Assembly (NCBI GenBank): GCA_964016885.1
Contig: OZ024745.1
Coordinates: 80,600,001 to 80,664,000 of the forward strand
Direction: 5' to 3'
Length of the DNA stretch: 64,000 nucleotides
Source: Eledone cirrhosa
Lineage: Eukaryota
Shown: positions 51,901 through 64,000 of the stretch, one piece after another
Layout: every line of letters begins with the position of its first letter
Numbering within the stretch: position 1 is the first letter of the stretch
The notes under the pieces: model-generated
Database searches by the model: none
What the model was told of the DNA's origin: nothing
The model's input: only the letters and a program-made list of their open reading frames with translations
Made by a program: the position numbers and the translations under genes

Positions 51901-53239
51901 CTCCATCCCACCACCCCGCAACTAACCTCACTAACACCCCCTGACCCCAAGCACACGAACACACGCACCCACTTACACCACCCACCCCACACGCAACTAA
52001 CATCACTAACACCCCCCAACCCCACGCACACGTACCCACACGTCCTCGTACACCACCAACTCTACACACCCTACCACCACTAACCCCCACTCACACCCGC
52101 ATTCAACCCTTTCCCCACCTCCCGTATACTAACACCCACTAACACCCCCTTCATCAAACTACACACACACCAGTACACCACACTGCCTCCATAGAACTAC
52201 ACACACCCTTCTCTCCCCGCTCCACCCACAGCCTCGCTCCACACTCACTCATCCCACTAACACCTCTACTAATACACACACACACCCTCCTCACTCCAAC
52301 TTTCACACCTACCCATCCTCGCCCCTTTACCATTCCACCCAACTGCTGCTATGCCCTCTGACCACCTCCCAGCACAAACAGACACACAGCACTCCCACCG
52401 CTTGACCACTTCCTGTTGTGCGTGCACCCCACATCTCTCCTCTTCCGACCATCTCTTCATGGAATACTCGTATGTGGAACTTGACCACCACAGAATCTAC
52501 TAACATCATAGGAATTTACCAACATTTCAACCATCCTCTTACGGAATCACCTATATAACTCACCCACACACACACCCAAAAACATTTTTTTTCTCCCACA
52601 CGCCACCTACACCCACAACATGCTTAAACCCCACACACACGTGCTTTCCACCACATATTTACACCCTCAGCCTCCTGATTCCTCTCCCCCTTCACCCCTC
52701 TATCCACACACGCACAGACACTCCGAGTTACAACCCCCCCCCCCCCCCCCACACACACACACCTCTTCCTGAACATGCAACCCCGTTCTTCCCCCAACCC
52801 TTACTTTCACATACACACACACACACACACACACGTACACCTACACACACACACCACCTTCAGCCCTCCCCGCTCGGACACCCCGTCTCCCTCTCCCCAC
52901 TCCACCCGCCACCACCCCTACACACCCCACACCCTTCCACCACCTCTTTTTAATTTCAGTTTATTTTGATCATGCTTTTATATTTATTTTTATTTCATTC
53001 CTTTTATTTTGATCATGCTTTATTTTTATTTTTATTTTCATTCGCACCGTTTCCTTTCACTATATGTCTCTCCACCACTCCCCTACACACCCTTTGAACT
53101 CTGTTCCCACACACTTCTCACCTGAGGAAGGGCTTATGCCCGAAACGTCGTTCCCCACCACCACCCCACTCTCCAGAGCGTGAAATTAATAAACATTCGT
53201 TGTACTGCCTCTCTGTTTTGTTCCTGTTCATATTTTTCC

Positions 53240-53243
<4 letters not shown>
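48992..53243 (+). mobile_element. Penelope-like element (Neptune-type), RT plus GIY-YIG, frameshifted; coding region about 49383-51642
   Basis: IKPADKGGAVVV, YFLPKLHK..PIVS, LDIKSLYT, GLAMGTRMGP.YANLF, RYIDD, a Cys-rich linker and NLVYGLRC..YVGQTGR.L.DRF.EH. It has a long C-rich 3' region and AATAAA near 53188, and is flanked by (TA)n. Confidence 0.93.
53118..53152 (+). ncRNA. Minimal PLE-type hammerhead-like motif in the element's 3' end
   Basis: CTGAGGA-A-GGGC TTAT GCCC-GAAA-CGTC; stem I is not evident. Confidence 0.55.
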
Positions 53244-53296
<53 letters not shown>

Positions 53297-55120
53297 CATA
53301 TCATATACTTTTCAAAGGAGAAGATTGTAAGAAAGGTGGGTGAAGGATATTAGTTTTCTAGATACCAAAATAAACAAACTGTCTTAATGTTTAGCTACTG
53401 ACCAAACAGACCTATAAATATCCCATCTTTTACATTAGGTTATATATTTTTACCTTAGTTAGCTTAATAGGTTGTTAGCTAAGGGAGATTTTGCTGCTGT
53501 TTCTAGCAGGTCAAATGACCACAAAGAGTTGCCTTCATTGGCTGAAAAGCTATTTATAGTAGTAGTATCATAGACATTATAGGCGGCGAATTGGCCGAAT
53601 CACTAGAACATCGGATAGAATGCTTTATAGTATTCGTTCTGGCTCTCTGCTCTTGGAGTTCAAATCCCGCCGAGGTCAACTTTGCCTTTCATCCTTTTGT
53701 GATCGATAAAAATAGTACCAGTCTAGTACTGGAGTCGATTCTTCCTCTATCTTTTTCTCATTTACTCTCTCTCACTTTCTGGAAGAAATCTGCTGTACTC
53801 AGTCCTGGAGAGGGATGGGCTCTGCCAGGCTTTTAAAAAATGCCCAAGAAATGCTGTAAATCAATATGGCGCCCCTACGACTGTATCAGAAGTTACAGGA
53901 CCATACTATACTATCATAGACATTAAGGATTATTTGAAGTGTGGTTATTATTAGTTAAAAGGTGTTTTGTGTTTGTAAAAATTCTAGATAATAAGAAGTT
54001 AGTACACAGAATCAATACTCTAAATCAGGAGTCTCTCACATATAGCCCTGGGGCCACCTGCAACCTACAAACTAGTTTTCGATGGTCTGTGACAAAACTA
54101 TTTTAGATGGAAAAAATATAAATAGTTGTATTGCAGATTAGCATTTTAATTGATGGAAATCACATTCCTCACTCAGCTCACTGTTGGCCAGCTATGCATC
54201 TTCCCCAGGATGCAATAGCCCCTTGTGAGCTTATGTTTGAGACCCCTGGTGTCAATCATATACTGAAGTAGTTGTCACATGAACCAAAGTCTCCAACACC
54301 TGGAAAATTTCTCAGTTATTTCTCCCAGCTATTTCCTCTTTTTAAAATATTTTTTTAATATAATTTTTTAACATAAATCGAGTGTTTCTCTTACATCTAA
54401 AGTTAACATTGTCCTTCTTTTGATTAACTTGATGTGAGAGGTGAATCTGAAGACGTCATTTTCATCTGCTGTGACCTGAAAGAAAGTTCATCTATTATAC
54501 GTTAAAGCTTAAACTTTCTGTTAATATTACTATAACTCATTCAACCAAATATGATGGTGAAAGATTTAGTTAACCCTTTCATTACCATCATTTTCAAATC
54601 ATTTTGAAAATGATCAAGAATTTGGAGGAATTTAGTAATAACTTTCTCATTATTTATCTCTGATGTTTGAGGTATAACTTAAGAAAGGTTCTTACATAAA
54701 ATTATAATGGAAGGTTTTTAGATAAGTATAACCACTTTAAAATACACAGCTTTGTATCATAGAACCAGGGGCAGTTTTAAGTGGTTTGATATCAAAAGGA
54801 AGACTTCAAACACCTAAACCACAAATTCTGAAATTGTTATAAATAAATGTATCAATTGTTTTTACTTCTATGCCAACCTGATAACTCTACCCTATTGTTA
54901 TATTATAGTTAGTATTTCTCTAACATGGAGTACCATAGTTGGTATTTTCCTATTTTGTAAGTTGTATGAATTTGGAGATTTAAAGTTAATGGCTTCTCTA
55001 TTCTCAGATCTGGCATATTTTAGGTTCCCATAGAAGCTTTACAGTATTTATTGAAATAGGAATTTCTTTTCCTTGTCTATTTTAAAATCATTTATAAAAT
55101 AAACTTACCAAAACACTAAC

Positions 55121-55760
55121 CTTGTGTCCCAGATGTAACTAAAGAACTAGTACTTAGGCTTTTTTGCTTTGGTACCAGGTTCTTGTGTTCTTTGCTCCCA
55201 CTCTTACTTGTAGATGGAACAGGATTGCAGTTATATTCTGGTTTTTGATTTTGCTGACGAACCTTAGTTTTTCTTTCCATTTTAGACTGTGCTGTAATTT
55301 TATTTGGAATTTTGTGGGCTGAGTCTGTAATGGAAAAATCTGGTGAAGTTCTAATTTGATCATCTTTTACAGAAGATGACAATTTGCTGTTTGATTTAGA
55401 TTTGTTTTTTGGTAAACTTGGGAGTTCAGACACAGTATTATTGCTGCTGTGAGCAGCACCACTTTGTGTTACAGGTGGGAGCTTGCTATTTGAATGAGAG
55501 CATTTTTGCAAGAAACTTGTCAGGCGTTTATCATGAACTGTTGGCTCAGATTCTAACTGGTTATCTGCATACAACCAAAATATCTTTTCACAATCTGTAC
55601 AACTTTTGGATTTATTATGTTGATGACTTGTTGCTATGACACTCTGACTTTCTTCATATGATATAGAGGAAGATGAAGCTGAAATGGAGTTGTCTTGACC
55701 AGAAGAATCACTCATTTCATAAGCAGTGCTGTCGATATTTATGGCAAACTGTTTTATAAG
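55121..55760 (-). CDS. Large Ser-rich exon, probably of the formin gene
   Basis: TTTCAG acceptor (phase 0), 640 nt open, and CAAG|gttagt donor (phase 1) compatible with exon 46013-46582. Confidence 0.75.
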
Positions 55761-56259
55761 CTGAAACATATTTAAAAGATTTTATTGTATCAAAAAATAT
55801 CAACAATATATTACAAAATTAAAGCGTAAATATGCACCCCCACTCCAGTTTTACATCTAAAAAGTTCCCCTCTGAGGCAAAAGCCCAGGTAAGTTGTTTT
55901 TCTGGAAGACTAGCAGTCGCCTATGCATATCAGTCTCCCTCTCCATGCCACCAATGTCGCTTGCACCAGTGATGTCGCATCTCACATATATACATTGTTA
56001 CCCAAAGGAAAGGCAAAGGCTGATACAGCTTGGCACCAGTGATGTCACCACTCATTTCTACAGCTGAGTGAACTGGTGCAACGTGAAATGAATTGTCTTA
56101 CTCAAGGACACAAAACACCACTCAGTCTGGGAAATGAACTCACAACCTCATGATTGTGAATCCAACACTCTAACCACTGAGCCATGAACCTTCACAAATA
56201 TTATATAATTATATATATAAATATAAGATAAATAATATATAATATATATATCATGCATA

Positions 56260-56294
<35 letters not shown>

Positions 56295-56296
<2 letters not shown>

Positions 56297-57700
56297 TCTA
56301 CTCTGATGAATATCGAGTGCTAATTTTGGCATACCGCCTACGGAAGCACCATAGCTACCACTATACACAAATATATATTACGCTCCTCCACAAGTAGAGC
56401 GCTTACAGCGATTCCCCATGGAAAAATTCAACTACTCTTCTTCCATGAAAGACATACTGATCCCGTCAGATAACTCGTTCATCAGACGCATGAGGTGGCG
56501 CGCATTTCACTACGACAGGCGGACACAACAAGAAGCGCCAGACGCCCCTCAGGACCGCCTAAAGCGGATTTTTAGATTGAGAAGAAACTCACCACACAAT
56601 GCACAACTGGGGGAATTTGAAAACCGTATTGTCAACATAGTTCGTAACATCAAGTTCCATAGGAATACTGCGTGACGGACAAAATATCTCAAGAGTCTAG
56701 AATCCACCATCAAAAGCATGGAAAAAAGCAAGGATTTACTAGTGCCCTCAGACAAGACCGGTAACGTATACATGCTTGACCATTTTACATATAATGAATG
56801 CCTCGAGAAGAAGATTAGGAAAAACTATAGGACCACTGGACAGACAAATTTAGATAGTATTAACGCCACGGCAAAAAGTATACTGACGGGGCTAGGACTA
56901 GAGGATAGGACCGAAGTATATGTACCTAGAAGACCACGTATATGTACCTAGAAGACCGAGGTATATGTACCTAGAAGACCACGTATATTAAGGACCACGA
57001 ATTAGACTTTAAAACTAAACTACCAGGTTAGGTTAATAGCACCCTCCAAATCCGACCTAGGAAAGACCAGTAAGAATATTATAGATAGGATAATACCGGT
57101 ACTTAGAAACAAAACTAAGCTTAGCCTATTGACCTCCACTAAGGAGGTAATTGACTGGTTCTCAGCAATAGATGACAAACACCAAGTAAATTTTATCCAG
57201 TTAGACATACATAGCTATTACGCGACGGTATCTCCGATACTAGTTAATAAGGCCCTAATAAGCGCCATGGCCAGATCTAACCTCACTAGGGACGAGACCA
57301 GACAAACACTCCGCTAAAAGAACAGCAACGGCTCTCGCAAATAAGGTGTGGGAATTCAAGGATAAAAACATCCCGTACTCTATCGATTGGTCTATTTTAG
57401 ACCATTCGAGGGAATACCAAAGGGGCACAAGAATTGTTCTTTGTGTACCACTGAAAAATGTAGGACTTTACAAAACTTGAAAGCCACTTCAACTTGCCTG
57501 AACTCCAAGACCGAGATCTTCAGATGTTGTCCTCACCTGAAATCACATCTGATCTGTAACTGGATTGACATTCCTACGATGACTCAACCACCTTGAACTT
57601 CTCTGCTCTCTACGCCTTACATCCACTACGATTTTTTTACCTTCTGAACTCACTTTCTGTACTCTTATATTGTTTCTCCCCTTATATTTAAACCTTTTCC
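56295..57700 (+). mobile_element. Internally deleted Penelope-like element (Naiad-like)
   Basis: FNYSSSMKDILIPS..FIRRMRWRAF, PSDKTGNVY, RLIAPSKSDLGKTSK.I.D and QLDIHSYY, then a jump to a GIY-YIG C-terminus CSLCTTEK..LNSKTEIFRCCPH. Confidence 0.8.
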
Positions 57701-57797
57701 TATGTATTTATTTTCCTTATTCCCCCCTACTTTCTACCTTACCCTTTACATACCCACCTTTTTTATTTTTAGATATTTATTTCTGTGTGTGTGTTGC

Positions 57798-57900
<103 letters not shown>

Positions 57901-58247
57901 TATGTATATGTATGTGTATATATAATTAATTATATATATCTGTATGTATATGTATGTGTGTATATAATTGTATTTTATGTGCTTCTGTTGTATTTGTGTG
58001 TGTGTGTATATATATATATATGTGTGTGTGTTTTAATATTTATGTGTGTGTATTTTTATTAAGGTGGTGACGTAAATTTTTGTAGATATGTGTGGGTGTG
58101 TGTATATGTGTATTTTTATATAATTGTTTATGGGTGTATATTTATAATAGCCTCAGAAACGGCTTGAGCTCTGCCGTCGGGGTCATACTTTTTCCTATAT
58201 GTATATATATATGTATATGTATGTATATATGTGAGTATTTGTATCGT

Positions 58248-58294
<47 letters not shown>

Positions 58295-58511
58295 GTATAT
58301 ATGTATGTGTATGTATATGCATAATTACATACAGTGATTTAATGCTTATTTTCATAGATCATTTGCTCTAGAAACTTGTTGAGTGCTCTAAATCAGCTAT
58401 AAACATTTATACCCTTTTCTAATTATTTATTTATTTATTGTTTGTCGTATTCCCAACTATTTGTTTACCCCTTTCAATGTATTTTCTTATATATATGTGT
58501 GTGTGTATATG

Positions 58512-58613
<102 letters not shown>

Positions 58614-58904
58614 TTTAAGAGTTAAACAAGGTTCAAATACATCTAAGAATGAGTTTTACACACATACATGTGTGTGTATGTATTTATGTGTATATGTGTG
58701 TGTGTATGTATATATATATATATATGTATATATATAGTATTAAGGATACTATTTATGGTTATGTATATAATAAAACCTTTTATGGTTATATATATTTAAA
58801 CTCTAAATAGTGAGAGACATTACTATCTTATTACCAGTAAGATAAATAGCTCAATGTAATAACATCAGTTGTTTTACAGAGCAGTTATATAGAAATTGCA
58901 TGAA

Positions 58905-59173
58905 TCAAAGTTCAGTTTAAATCATTTATTTGCTTACAATTGTTTCCTCCAAACGGAGGTTTGGATTCTTCGGAGCAACTGTTTAGTGATTTTTCACATA
59001 CTTGACCTCCTTATCAACACAAGAGACATGCAAAAACATATGTATATATTGACCCACAGTGGGTTGACATCCATCATAATGATATAGCATGGCAATTTAC
59101 ATACAAAGGTTACATTCATATTAAAGGACAAAATTAAAGTTAAAATTAGAATAAAAAAAAAAAAAATAAATAA

Positions 59174-59204
<31 letters not shown>

Positions 59205-59485
59205 TAAAAATAAAAATAAAAATATATTTTTATTTTTATTCTAATTTTAACTTTAATTTTGTCCTTTAATATGAATGTAACCTTTGTATGTAAATTGCCA
59301 TGCTATATCATTATGATGGATGTCAACCCACTGTGGGTCAATATATACATATGTTTTTGCATGTCTCTTGTGTTGATAAGGAGGTCAAGTATGTGAAAAA
59401 TCACTAAACAGTTGCTCCGAAGAATCCAAACCTCCGTTTGGAGGAAACAATTGTAAGCAAATAAATGATTTAAACTGAACTTTGA
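58905..59485. repeat. Inverted repeat, about 253-bp arms, (AAAAT)n spacer
   Basis: 58905-59157 is the reverse complement of 59233-59485; no mismatch seen by eye. Confidence 0.95.
59412..59460 (+). ncRNA. Hammerhead-like motif with variant core (mirror copy 58930-58978, - strand)
   Basis: UUGCU-CCGAAGA-a UCCAAAC cucc GUUUGGA g-GAAA-CAAUUG-UA-AGCAA; it has a U4C change and an A.G mismatch at the base of stem II. Confidence 0.55.
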
Positions 59486-59508
59486 GTAATGTAATTTCTA
59501 TATGTATG

Positions 59509-59600
<92 letters not shown>

Positions 59601-59930
59601 CGTGTATGTGTATGTGTATATGTCTGTGTGTGTGTATGTATTTATTTTTATGTATGTATGTGTATGTGCAATTGTGTCTATTGCTTACCACGTGTGTTTG
59701 TTCATTTATTTGTTGCCTGTATCGCTGTCAACTTTATAATAATTTTTACATTTATTTTTATTCTTATGTGACGGTATTTTTATTATTTTATTTTTTCTTA
59801 TAATTAATTGTGTGTGTGCGTATGTAGGTGTGTGTACATATATCTATATTTGTGTATGCGTATGTATGCGTGTATATATGTGTGTATATATGTGTGTGTA
59901 TGTACGTGTGTATACATGTATGATTATGTG

Positions 59931-59961
<31 letters not shown>

Positions 59962-59967
<6 letters not shown>

Positions 59968-60333
59968 GATATTAATAAATGGAAACTATATTTATAAAAC
60001 CATATTTATTTCATTATACATATTTCAGGGATACCAAATTAAATTATGGTATGCCTTCATCAGACAAAATACAATATATAACAGTTTTACAAATAAGCTT
60101 TGACGTACCCTTTTAAAATGCGACCATTATTTTTGGAAGCCAACTATCCAGATGGCTTCCAAAAATAATGGTCGCATTTTAAAAGGGTACTTCAAAGCTT
60201 ATTTGTAAAACTGTTATATATTGTATTTTGTCTGATGAAGGCATACCATAATTTAATTTGGTATCCCTGAAATATGTATAATGAAATAAATATGGTTTTA
60301 TAAATATAGTTTCCATTTATTAATATCGTATAT
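59962..60333. repeat. Inverted repeat, about 181-bp arms, 10-nt loop
   Basis: 59962-60142 versus 60153-60333; one mismatch seen. Confidence 0.95.
60224..60288 (+). ncRNA. Type I hammerhead ribozyme (mirror copy 60007-60071, - strand)
   Basis: UAUUUUGU-CUGAUGA-AGGcAUACCA..UGGUAUcCCU-GAAA-UAUGUA-UA-AUGAAAUA. Confidence 0.72.
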
Positions 60334-60417
60334 CTACTCCAAATACTTGTCGAGTGCTTTATATCAGTTATAAAAATATTTACTTGTTGTATCCCAACAA
60401 TTTTAAATAGAACTTTT

Positions 60418-60465
<48 letters not shown>

Positions 60466-60470
<5 letters not shown>

Positions 60471-62641
60471 AGATCAAAAGATGGTTAAAAGAGTTCCATG
60501 TATTTTATTATGCGATGACATTTGCGTTTTCGTCAGATAAAATAGGGATACATGATATGAAGGTTAAAAAACATTTGTGAATAGTGAAGTTTTAAATCAA
60601 CATATGAAAAGTAATTTAAGATTGATGTGTGATATTGGGAAAAAAATGAGGGGGTGGGGGGTGGAAAGAATGAAAAAGAGGAGATGAGAGTAAAGAATGG
60701 TGGGGAGAGGAGTATAATAAGGAAGGATGAGATAGGAGGAGAGATGGGTGATAGAAAGAGAGAGATAGTCTTTATAACTGAGAAAAAAATATATATATAT
60801 TGTTTCACAGAGAGAAGTTAAAAAGCAGTTGGAAGATAATATATAATTTAAAAGAATTTGAAAATTGATGAAGAGAAAAAAAATTAAGAATAATATTAAA
60901 TTAAGGTTTGTATATTGAAGGGTTTAATAATATGTGCGATGAAAAGAAATTGTTAATATGTATTATTAAAATAAAAATATTAATGTTATTAAGGATATAA
61001 GGTGAAAAGAAGTAGAAGAGTGGATGAATTATGAATTTAGAGGAATTAGTTAGTGTTTAAGTTTGTTTTTATGTAATGTAATATGTATGCGTAATATATG
61101 TAAATAGTTTGTTTACAAATGAGCGCAGAAAGCAAAGAAGAAAATGGTGTTTAAGGAAGAGAAGACTCTAACATCAAAATATATATGTTTATGAAGTATT
61201 TTCTAATGGTAATAATATAATGTAATAAAGGAGATTAGTTAGGGTTTAAGTTTGTTTTTATGTATTGTGATATGTAATATGTAAAAGTCAGATGAGCATG
61301 AAAGGGAGAAAAATATAATGAACTGAGGAGGAATAATCTAACGTAAAAAAAATGTTTATGTTTACGAAGGATTTTTAAAGGTAATGCTATAAAGTATTTA
61401 AAAGGTAATAATAAATTTTATGGCCAATGATATAAAGAAAGATGGAAGAGTGGATATGTTGTGGTGAGTAATAATAAGAATTGAGAAGTATTTAGGAAGA
61501 AAAAGTACAGATTAGAGGTTAGAAATTAAAAGAAAAGAGGAAGAAAGGAAAGTGATAAATAGGAATGATATAGAATGAGTAACTAGTATTAAATAATGTA
61601 TAATAAATAATATTGAAATAAGGTAGAAAGATGGGTATATTTTAAAAGAAATATATATATATAAGCCTTTGAGAAAAAGACGCACTGACTTATTTTCTCT
61701 CTGCTTGCATAAATTCCACAGAACATTCCATAAAGTATACAGCTAATATCTAATACTTTACCAGTTTAAAATCCCTTTCTCCCTTTCATGCTCGTCTGAC
61801 TTTTACATATTACATATCACAATACATAAAAACAAACTTAAACCCTAACTAATCTCCTATATTACATTATATTATTACCATTAGAAAATACTTCATAAAC
61901 ATATATATTTTGATGTTAGAGTCTTCTCTTCCTTAAACACTATTTTCTTCTTTGCTTTCTGCGCTCATTTGTAAACAAACTATTTACATATATTACGCAT
62001 ACATATTACATTACATAAAAACAAACTTAAACACTAACTAATTCCTCTAAATTCATAATTCATCCACTCTTCTACTTCTTTTCACCTTATATCCTTAATA
62101 ACATTAATATTTTTATTTTAATAATACATATTAACAATTTCTTTTCATCGCACATATTATTAAACCCTTCAATATACAAACCTTAATTTAATATTATTCT
62201 TAATTTTTTTTTCTCTTCATCAATTTTCAAATTCTTTTAAATTATATATTATCTTCCAATGGCTTTTTAACCTCCCTCTGTGAAACAATATATATATCTT
62301 TTTTTTCTCAGTTATAAAGACTATCTCTCTTTTTCTATCACCCATCTCTCCTATCTCATTCTTCCTTATTATACTCCTCCCCCACCATTCTTTACTCTCA
62401 TCTCCTCCTCTTTTTCATTCTCCCCCCCCCCTAATTTTTTCCCCAATATTACACATCAATCTTAAATTACTTTTCATATGTTGATTTAAAACTTCACTAT
62501 TCACAAGTGTTTTTTAACCTTCATATCATGTATCCTATTTTATCTGACGAAAACGCAAATGTCATCTCATGATGATATTTGTTTTTGAAATGCGCATAAT
62601 AAAATACATGGAACTCTTTTAACCATCTTTTGATCTTATAT
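60466..62641. repeat. Long inverted repeat, about 850-bp arms, about 460-bp spacer
   Basis: 60466-61311 is the reverse complement of 61776-62641, with scattered differences and a 27-nt indel. Confidence 0.93.
62536..62606 (+). ncRNA. Type I hammerhead ribozyme with palindromic stem III
   Basis: UAUUUUAU-CUGACGA-(16-nt-arm stem II, loop UCAU)-GAAA-UGCGCA-UA-AUAAAAUA; stem I is a perfect 8-bp helix. Confidence 0.82.
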
Positions 62642-62740
62642 TATTTATACCCCAGTCCTACAAACTGTAGAGTGCTACTTATCCAATATCTGCCTTGCTT
62701 TATTGTACTACAATAAAACTCACCTCCTACATTATAGATG

Positions 62741-62772
<32 letters not shown>

Positions 62773-63123
62773 GTGTGTGTTTGTGTATTTGTGTGTATGT
62801 GTATGTATGGATATGTTGATATATATATATATATGTATGTGTATTTGTACGTGTATGTATATGTGTATGTATGTATGTATATATATGTGTGTATATGTAT
62901 GTGTATATATATATATCATCATCATCATCATCATCATTTTACGTCCGCTTTTCCCTGCTTGCAAGGGTGGGACGTATGGTGTATGTATATATGCGTGTGT
63001 ATGTAATTGTGTGTGTGTGCATGTGTGTTTATTTTTCCTTTCCTTCTTCCTTTTCCAGCCTCACTTTCATATAGATTATATTTTTGTTTTTAAAATCCAA
63101 TGTCAATAAATACACCAGGATTT

Positions 63124-63184
63124 TTTCATTCTGATGATTGAAAGCAAAATTTGTTTGCTTTCAAGAAACCACTGGTAAATGAAA
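63124..63184 (+). ncRNA. Type I hammerhead ribozyme
   Basis: UUUCAUU-CUGAUGA-UUGAAAGCAAA auuug UUUGCUUUCAA-GAAA-CC acu GG-UA-AAUGAAA; perfect 7-bp stem I and 11-bp stem II. Confidence 0.82.
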
Positions 63185-63281
63185 TAATTGCCTTATGTTG
63201 TTTATTACATAACTATTAAGCTCTGTAACCTACATAGAGCACTCTTTGTTCCTGGACCTTTCCGACGGAATTACTTCATTT

Positions 63282-63361
<80 letters not shown>

Positions 63362-63484
63362 TAGTTAGGTGTGTAACAATAGTTACATGCAGTGCACTAT
63401 TTGAAGCACTCAATACTATTACAAGGCCTGTTTCGTTTGGGTTGTATTTCAGAGTTACGGCTGTAGAGTGCTGAGTGTAAATTG

Positions 63485-63700
63485 ATTTAAAAGAATCAAA
63501 GTCAGTGTTGCAGTATATGTACAAACTTTATTTGCATATTATAATTGTTTCGATATCAATCAGCTCAAGGTGCAATCAGGGTGACAGGGCCTGACTTTTT
63601 TTCAACATCTTGTCAGATATGCGAGCTTATATGTGCAAAAAAACACATCTAAACTTTAGTTTGTACATATGCTGCAACACTAATTTCAATTCTTTTAAAT
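63485..63700. repeat. 43-bp imperfect inverted repeat enclosing 130 bp (MITE-like)
   Basis: 63485-63527 versus 63658-63700; five mismatches, all transitions. Confidence 0.6.
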
Positions 63701-64000
63701 CTCTCTCTGTCTCACTCCCCCCTCTCTCCCTCGCACTATATATATATATATATATATATATAGTAATAATAATAATAAATACAAAGACCAAAATCCAGAG
63801 AGGACTTAATAAGGGCTGTAATTCTCCTTGCATACATTTCGCTCATCTCCCTCACATGCTTCCATTATGTCATTCTATTTTCTAAAACCATCAGAAACAA
63901 TGGTGCCACATGACATTGAATTTCTTATTTTTTACAAATTTTCTATATAATCTTTTAATTATCTCTATTCTCTACTCTTTCTCTTTCTCCTTCCCCCTTT

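Noticed and set aside
56303-56345. CTGATGA at the start of the Naiad-like element
   Set aside because: No stem II closing onto a GAAA.
58155-58185. GAAA-CGGC..GCCG-UC half hammerhead
   Set aside because: The 5' core CUGANGA is missing; at most a disrupted remnant.

Overview
AT-rich eukaryotic DNA that is mostly intron. The repeat content (RTE LINEs, tRNA-derived SINEs, Penelope-like elements, long TA/CA microsatellites) suggests a cephalopod such as Octopus; this is inference. Two genes converge. The first is represented by the Ser-rich last coding exon of an unidentified + strand gene (5985-7138). The second is a - strand delphilin/GRID2IP-like formin; I could reconstruct 14 phase-consistent exons (55760 to 16639), including the whole FH2 domain. 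Four things stand out. (1) One formin intron is a minor-spliceosome (U12) intron that appears to end in a non-canonical CG. (2) An intact elongator tRNA-Met(CAT) gene with a 21-nt intron is nested in the last formin intron. (3) A family of Penelope-associated type I hammerhead ribozyme motifs is present, several inside long near-perfect palindromes that place a copy on each strand, and one carries a compensatory U3:A8 core. (4) A recurrent GAGTGCT motif accompanies these modules. Several tandem arrays derive from SINE or RTE-tail modules. All calls were made by eye; no database search or folding program was run.
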